DNA of 64,000 nt from Candidatus Moranbacteria bacterium GW2011_GWC2_40_12 (GTDB lineage Bacteria; Patescibacteriota; Minisyncoccia; Moranbacterales; UBA11712): NCBI GenBank assembly GCA_000995965.1, contig LBYD01000001.1, positions 140,923 to 204,922 on the forward strand, read 5' to 3'. Positions 58,540 to 64,000 of this stretch are shown in pieces. How positions within the stretch are numbered: position 1 is the first letter of the stretch; each line of letters begins with the position of its first letter. The notes under the pieces were generated by a model, which was not told where the DNA came from, made no database searches, and saw nothing but the letters and a program-made list of their open reading frames with translations. The position numbers and the translations under genes are program-made.

Positions 58540-59562
58540 TTAAAATTGTTTTATGAACCTTAAATCCCCGCTTTCAAACCAGCGAATGTCGTCGATCTTA
58601 TATTTCATCATCGCGAGGCGTTCAATTCCAAATCCCCAGGCAAAACCCTGATATTTGTTGCGAGGATAGCCAGCGGACACAAAAACATTTTGGTTCACCA
58701 TTCCCGCGCCGCCGATCTCGAGCCATCCCGCATTTTTGCACGAAGGACATTTTTTTCCGCCGCAAACCGTGCAGCTGATGTCAAACTCAAAACTGGGTTC
58801 TGTGAACGGAAAAAAGCTTGGCCGCAATCGAATGTCGATATTTTTTCCAAAAAAAGCGCTGAAAAACTGTTTTGCAATGTGTTTGAAATTTCCGACATTT
58901 ATATCATTCCCCACAACCAGAGCCTCAAATTGGTGCAAAGTATGCTCGTGGGCCGCGTCTGTGGCTTCGTTTCGATAAACCCGGCCAGGAACGATAATCC
59001 GAAAGGGCGGTTTTCTTTTTTCCATATATCTGACTTGAACCGGAGAAGTGTGCGTCCGAAGGACCATTTTTTCTTTTGGAGACTTCACCCAAAAAGTATC
59101 CTGCATATCCCGCGCTGGATGGTCAAACGGAAAATTGAGGGAAGTGAAATTGTACCAGTCCGTTTCAAGTTCCGGGCCCTCGACGATTTCGAAGCCCATC
59201 GAAGAAAAAATTTTCTCAATTTCCCGATAGACTGAAGTGATGGGATGCAATCTGCCAATCTCAACTTTTTTTCCCGGCAATGTGACATCCAGCTTTTCTT
59301 TTTCCCAGTCAATTTGCTCGCTCAACTCTTTTTTCCTTTTTTCAAAGGCATTTTCAATCTCCTGCCGCAGATTGTTTGCTAGCGGCCCGATCAGCTTTCT
59401 TTGTTCGGATGAAATATTTTTGAGATTTTTGAGTATTTTTGTGAGTATGCCGTTCCGGCCGACGTATTTCACTTTGACAGCGTAAAGAGCTCTTTCATCA
59501 GAAAGTTTTGATATTTCCTCAAAAAAAGAATTCCCAATATCCTTGATTTCTTTTTCCGGCAT
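58540..59562 (-). CDS. pheS: Phenylalanyl-tRNA synthetase alpha subunit
   Basis: HPITSV...FPFDHPARDMQDTFW and class II motifs 2 and 3 (FRPSFFPFTEPS, GFAWGFGIERLAM). Confidence 0.9.
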   Translation of the reverse strand: MPEKEIKDIGNSFFEEISKLSDERALYAVKVKYVGRNGILTKILKNLKNISSEQRKLIGPLANNLRQEIENAFEKRKKELSEQIDWEKEKLDVTLPGKKVEIGRLHPITSVYREIEKIFSSMGFEIVEGPELETDWYNFTSLNFPFDHPARDMQDTFWVKSPKEKMVLRTHTSPVQVRYMEKRKPPFRIIVPGRVYRNEATDAAHEHTLHQFEALVVGNDINVGNFKHIAKQFFSAFFGKNIDIRLRPSFFPFTEPSFEFDISCTVCGGKKCPSCKNAGWLEIGGAGMVNQNVFVSAGYPRNKYQGFAWGFGIERLAMMKYKIDDIRWFESGDLRFIKQF

Positions 59563-59605
59563 ATTTTCTAGACTAAAACAAATAGGACGAAAAGTCCAGC
59601 CAAAT

Positions 59606-62065
59606 TCATGAATCGATATCCGCCGGTCCGAAGGTGAATTCAGTGGCTTCTTTTATGTCACCGGCGATTATTTTCTTCACAACTTTATCTCCGATTTTAT
59701 CTTCCACATAGCGGTTTATCGCGCGGGCTCCGAATAACGGATTATTTCCCTCTGAAACAATTTTTTCAACTATAGCAGGATCAAATATGATGCGAATATT
59801 TTTTTCTTTTTCTAGCCGCAGGGCGTATTTATTCAGTATAAGAGACGTAACTTTGGCCAAATCCGCGAGAGTTAGTGAACGGAAAAATATGACTCCCTCA
59901 AATCGATTCAGAAGTTCCGGCCGAAATATTCCTTCTTTCATGACGAAATTGATGACTTTTTTTTGAATTTCATCGGCACTTATTTTTGACTCTACCGCTT
60001 CAGTGATAATTTCCGATCCCGCGTTTGAAGTCGCGATAATTATCTGGTTTTTGAAATTTATTTTTTTTCCGAAAGCGTCAGTTAGCCAACCTTCATCAAG
60101 AATCTGAAGGAAAAGATTCAAGATATCGGGATGAGATTTTTCGATTTCGTCCAGCAAGAGAAGCGCGTATGGATTTTCTTTCACCTTATTTTCCAAAATT
60201 CCCGGTTTTCCGGTTGCTGCATCGCCAATCAGACGATCAATTGAATCAATTTTTTGGTATTCACTCATATCCATCCGGATCATCCTATTTTCATCACCGA
60301 AGTAGGCCTCCGCCAGCGCTTTGGCTGTTTCGGTTTTTCCCACGCCTGTCGGACCCAGGAATAAAAAACTTCCCATTGGTTTGCTCTCACTGGTCATTCC
60401 AATTCTGGCTCTGCGAACGGTTTCCGCAATTTGCTTGACAGCCAGATCCTGACCGACAATGCGACCGTGCAAAATCTCCTCCAAGTTGAGCAATTTTTCT
60501 TTTTCGCTTTTGCCAATGTCTCCGATCGAGACATGAACTCTTCGCGAAACCACTTCATCGACAACTTCCGGCATTATAATTTCTCCTTTGCGACGATCGC
60601 GCCAATAGAGCAAAACCTCTTCCATAAGGTCAACTGCTTTTTCTGGAAAAGGGGCATCGACAAGATACCGATCGGACAGCTTGATGATTTCTCTGAGAGC
60701 CTGATAGGAAAATATAATCCGGTCTTTTTCAAGATCCCTGAGCTTGTCAAGCAGGACTTCCATAGTCATATCCTTGCCTGGCTCGGCGATCTGAATTTTT
60801 TCAAAATATTTGGTTACACCCTCATTTTTTTCAACGTCCATGTGATATTTGTCGGGAGTCGTTATGCCAACAACTTGAAAAGTCGGATAATTCAAAAATT
60901 CAAGCAGAACGCCCGATATATCTTCACTTGCTTCGTGCGGCGATGATTTCAAATGGCGGTCGATATCGTCAATTACCAAAATTATGTTTCCAGCATAGGC
61001 CGCCTCGAAGAACATTTTCCGCAAAATCGAAATATTTTGCCCCCCAGCCAATATTTCTCCCAATTTCACTTCAAGAATCCTTTTATTCAAAAGGGAATCT
61101 GAGACGGTATTTTCCCGGACTCTCTTTGCTAGTTCATGGATCAAAGCGTGTCTTCCGATGCCGACTTCGCCCACAATGAACACATTGTTTTGCTTTGGTC
61201 GCGAAAGTATCAATTCCAGCATATGAAGATTTTCATCCCGCCCAATCAGTTTTTCATTTCTGTATTCGCTTGAATCGCTCTCAGAAAGGTCAGTCGAATA
61301 TTTGTCCAAATTGACAGTATAGGCGTATGTCCAGCTTTTTCCAATCGGCATTTTAGAGTAAAGATTTCTCTTTAGCCAGAATTTTTTCTTGTTTTCTTTT
61401 TCAATCTGATATAAAAGCTCATGGCCAATGATGCTCTGAAAATCATCCTTTGTGATCGAACGGTTCTCCAAAAATCTTCCAAGAAGATCAGGCTTGTCTA
61501 GCGCTTCCGCTGTCGATTGGCCAGGCGGGCCGCCGATTCTCATCCAAACACGTCCGAACCATTCCTGAGCGGCAAGATCATTGATACCCATCGAGGAATA
61601 ATCAAATTTATTTTCCCGATACAGCCGATATGAAAAAGAGAGAATCCAAACAGTTGAAAGAAGAAGAAACACGTCGGACAATCCCCAAATGAGAGATTTG
61701 GCAAACGCCTGCGGCATCAGTATCAATGTCAAAGCCAAAAAAAGCGGAAGGAAAAGCCACTCAATCAAAAATATTATTCCAAACGCTAACGCCGCTAATT
61801 CGACAAAAATCCCGACTGTGATAAGGCCGCTCCTGACTATGGCCCCGATAAGTCGCGTCAGGCAATTTATGACAAAATTTTGCGCCCAGATCGCCGGATG
61901 GATTCCGACCTGCACCATACGCGAAACATCCCTTTTCCAGGGAGAAAAAAGTGTCCTGAGATGCCAGCCAATTGCGAAGTGTCTTGGCAGAAAAACCAAA
62001 AAATCTTTCCAGACGGAAATATATTTAGATAAGCCGATGCTGTAGTGCCAAAAAGGATATCCCAT
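59606..62065 (-). CDS. Clp/Hsp100-family double AAA+ ATPase (ClpC/ClpB-like) with an N-terminal multi-TM anchor and a degenerate first nucleotide-binding domain
   Basis: About 160 aa of N-terminal TM helices replace the Clp_N domain. NBD1 Walker A reads GEVGIGRHA rather than GEPGVGKTA, and Walker B reads IILVIDDIDRH. NBD2 is intact: GPTGVGKTE, LLLDEIEKSHPD and a sensor 2 motif. Confidence 0.8.
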   Translation of the reverse strand: MGYPFWHYSIGLSKYISVWKDFLVFLPRHFAIGWHLRTLFSPWKRDVSRMVQVGIHPAIWAQNFVINCLTRLIGAIVRSGLITVGIFVELAALAFGIIFLIEWLFLPLFLALTLILMPQAFAKSLIWGLSDVFLLLSTVWILSFSYRLYRENKFDYSSMGINDLAAQEWFGRVWMRIGGPPGQSTAEALDKPDLLGRFLENRSITKDDFQSIIGHELLYQIEKENKKKFWLKRNLYSKMPIGKSWTYAYTVNLDKYSTDLSESDSSEYRNEKLIGRDENLHMLELILSRPKQNNVFIVGEVGIGRHALIHELAKRVRENTVSDSLLNKRILEVKLGEILAGGQNISILRKMFFEAAYAGNIILVIDDIDRHLKSSPHEASEDISGVLLEFLNYPTFQVVGITTPDKYHMDVEKNEGVTKYFEKIQIAEPGKDMTMEVLLDKLRDLEKDRIIFSYQALREIIKLSDRYLVDAPFPEKAVDLMEEVLLYWRDRRKGEIIMPEVVDEVVSRRVHVSIGDIGKSEKEKLLNLEEILHGRIVGQDLAVKQIAETVRRARIGMTSESKPMGSFLFLGPTGVGKTETAKALAEAYFGDENRMIRMDMSEYQKIDSIDRLIGDAATGKPGILENKVKENPYALLLLDEIEKSHPDILNLFLQILDEGWLTDAFGKKINFKNQIIIATSNAGSEIITEAVESKISADEIQKKVINFVMKEGIFRPELLNRFEGVIFFRSLTLADLAKVTSLILNKYALRLEKEKNIRIIFDPAIVEKIVSEGNNPLFGARAINRYVEDKIGDKVVKKIIAGDIKEATEFTFGPADIDS

Positions 62066-62141
62066 TTCTTTATGATTTTTTCGAGTCTTTGGTGTTTCTA
62101 TTATATCACAAATGGAATATTTTTTGCAGTTCGTGGCACGT

Positions 62142-63569
62142 TCATGTTCTCATGCGCCTTCTCATGGCCATATGTTTCTTCTGAAGAACAGCCAGGAGCC
62201 TGCTTTCGTTGATTTTGGCATGCCGGCGGCTTTTCACGACAAATTCGCCATTTATCATGAGATCTCTCACGGCTCGTCCGCCATGAGTGATCAGATTTCC
62301 AAGCAGTGTCATTGGATTCTTCTGGTCGAAGGGGATAAAACCGCGATCTTTGAGTTTCCAAAACGCAAGGTCTGCTTTCATTCCCGGCAAGATTTTTCCC
62401 CGGTCGGGCATATTGATTGTCCGTGCGGCATTGGTTGTCATCATCTTGAAGAGCGACCCGAATTTCACTGTCCGGGAGTAGAGATGCGTTATTCTGGTTT
62501 GGTAGGCTTCTGAAAGCAAATCCAGACGGCTTTTCGAGACCACGCCGTCCGTTCCGAGAGAAACATATGAATTTCCGGCGGCATCGACGAATTTCCAGAG
62601 GGGGAAAGTGCCGCTTTTGTGAATCGCATTTGATGTCGGGAGATGAACAATGCCAACTTTGCTTTTCACAAGCCTTTTTATTTCGCTGTCGGTCACATAT
62701 ATTGAGTGTGAAGCAACGGTCTTATGCGTGAGAAGGCCGCAGGATCCCAACATTTCGACTTCTCTCTTCCCGTGCAGAGATAAGCACTTTTTGGCCACCT
62801 TTTCGCTCTCGGCCATATGGCAGGTAAAAAGCAGGTTGTGCTCTGTTTGCAATCTTTTGATTTCTTTGAGAATCTTGGAATTTGCGCGATGGACGTAGTG
62901 AAGGGCGATGGCAAGTTGTGACTGGGCCGGCGCCTCCTGTTTTTTCAATATATCGCGGATAAGCGCGGGAGAATTTTCTGGGTGGGTGTTTGAGGCCACG
63001 CTGATCGCGTTGATCATATTGTGTTTTGTCGCTTGCGCGGCCATTTCAATGGGCCAATAAACCGCAAAATGGCTGAGGGTCGTCGTGATGCCGGCTTTTT
63101 GCTGTTCGGTGATGTCCCCAATCGCCGAAAAAGTATAGTCTTCGTCCGTCATTGACCGTTCCCATTTGGGCATTGCGGCGATAGTTTCGTCAATCGATTC
63201 ACCTTCGTCGAGCATCATAGCCGAACGCATCAGATACATCGGCGGATGGGCATGGGCATTGATGAGCCCCGGCGTGACCACGATTCCTCCCCGCATTCCG
63301 GCTTCATAAACTAGGTTGTAGCTGCTTGGAACCGCTTTTTTTGCGGGAATAACTTCTTGAATAATTCCTTTTGAAATAATAATCGAGTGATTTTGCAGGC
63401 ATTGCAGTTTTTCCGTCTCGTCGCAGGTGAAAAGAAAAGGAATGTTGTGGATCAAAATATCCTTTTGTTTTTTTCCTCCGTTGGCTTTGTGCCGCGTGTG
63501 CTGGATGTCATCCTGGAAAGGAATGGCATAAAGGGATTTTTTTATTTTTGAGATAATTTTCTTGTGCAT
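62142..63569 (-). CDS. Metal-dependent amidohydrolase (MTA/SAH deaminase, chlorohydrolase-like)
   Basis: GLINAHAHPPMY, HMAES and HLPTSN motifs of the amidohydrolase_1 superfamily. Confidence 0.8.
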   Translation of the reverse strand: MHKKIISKIKKSLYAIPFQDDIQHTRHKANGGKKQKDILIHNIPFLFTCDETEKLQCLQNHSIIISKGIIQEVIPAKKAVPSSYNLVYEAGMRGGIVVTPGLINAHAHPPMYLMRSAMMLDEGESIDETIAAMPKWERSMTDEDYTFSAIGDITEQQKAGITTTLSHFAVYWPIEMAAQATKHNMINAISVASNTHPENSPALIRDILKKQEAPAQSQLAIALHYVHRANSKILKEIKRLQTEHNLLFTCHMAESEKVAKKCLSLHGKREVEMLGSCGLLTHKTVASHSIYVTDSEIKRLVKSKVGIVHLPTSNAIHKSGTFPLWKFVDAAGNSYVSLGTDGVVSKSRLDLLSEAYQTRITHLYSRTVKFGSLFKMMTTNAARTINMPDRGKILPGMKADLAFWKLKDRGFIPFDQKNPMTLLGNLITHGGRAVRDLMINGEFVVKSRRHAKINESRLLAVLQKKHMAMRRRMRT

Positions 63570-63717
63570 TGAAAATACTATAAATTTTTTCTTCTTATTT
63601 TCGTTTTATTCTTTTGGTATTCACCGAATTCGCGTTTATTAAAAATATAATAAAACCACCCCTCGAGGCGTTTTATTCTTTTCGATATTTTATCACCAAA
63701 CGAAAGTTAGCGCAAAG

Positions 63718-64000
63718 TTATTTTTCCAATCTTAATCTTTCCATGACATCATCCAGATTTCCATCAAAGGCCCCTTTTTGCTCCAAGGACATTGAGGCAA
63801 CCATGGCGGCAAAACGGCCGCACTGTTCCGGATTATCAAAAATTTCGAGTGCGCGAATATAGGCAGCTAGATAAGTGTCGCCCGCACCAGTTGCATCAAT
63901 AATTTTCTTTGGCGGAAAAGCCGGAATTTTATAGTAATCTTTGCCTATGAATAAATGGGAGCCTTTCGAAGCTTCAGTGATTGCAGCATTTTTCAAACCA
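63718..64000 (-). CDS. PfkB-family kinase, C-terminal fragment (gene continues beyond the window end)
   Basis: IDATGAGDTYLAAY anion-hole motif. The ORF is open at coordinate 64000. Confidence 0.6.
   Translation of the reverse strand, partial: GLKNAAITEASKGSHLFIGKDYYKIPAFPPKKIIDATGAGDTYLAAYIRALEIFDNPEQCGRFAAMVASMSLEQKGAFDGNLDDVMERLRLEK

Noticed and set aside
1-64000. Search for CRISPR arrays, transposases/IS elements, prophage genes and tRNAs
   Set aside because: No spacer-repeat arrays, no integrase/transposase motifs, and no cloverleaf-compatible GC-rich 70-90 nt segments were seen in the intergenic regions. The short repeats present are the GAAT/ATTC palindromes reported above, not CRISPR-like.

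Overview
The window is a 64 kb, gene-dense stretch in which every supported gene (about 60) lies on the minus strand. Gene content and style suggest a small-genome, Patescibacteria/CPR-like bacterium. This is inference from compact genes, short overlaps, archaeal-type ValRS, AspRS lacking the GAD insertion, a 408-aa ProRS, an ADP-forming acetyl-CoA synthetase, and a DUF4012 protein beside glycosyltransferases. Recognisable blocks, reading the minus strand from high to low coordinate, are: (i) pheS-pheT-valS-ispH-proS-glyA plus a membrane-anchored Clp-type AAA+ ATPase and an amidohydrolase; (ii) a moderately GC-elevated three-gene island of signal-peptide proteins, including a beta-barrel, outer-membrane-like protein; (iii) a His-kinase / UDP-sugar dehydrogenase / GT2 / REC-REC regulator operon, then aspS; (iv) scpA-scpB, a D-Ala-D-Ala carboxypeptidase, mraY, pgk-eno-gpmI, a PfkB kinase and ADP-forming acetyl-CoA synthetase, recJ and rnhA; (v) an unusually long (~640 nt) RNase P RNA; (vi) an envelope-polysaccharide locus with a WbaP-like sugar transferase, DedA, three GT4s, a Wzz-like protein, DUF4012 and murJ; (vii) accessory genes: an HExxH protease, TspO, an ICMT-family methyltransferase, two unknowns, Nudix, RdgB, a methyltransferase-like protein, an M23 peptidase, a SPASM-type radical SAM enzyme, hemerythrin, two unannotated small ORFs and a metallophosphoesterase; (viii) lepA and an FtsB-like protein. 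The most interesting items are a SPASM radical-SAM / hemerythrin / small lysine-rich peptide neighbourhood; a PaaX-like regulator broken by one in-frame TAG and flanked by 21-nt direct repeats; the GC-shifted beta-barrel island; a family of GAAT/ATTC-rich imperfect palindromes in intergenic spacers; and the expanded rnpB. No CRISPR array, transposase or tRNA was recognised. The ORF track counts TTG, GTG and CTG as M; where an internal ATG fits gene spacing better I used it. Coordinates of features outside the ORF track are approximate (plus or minus a few nt).
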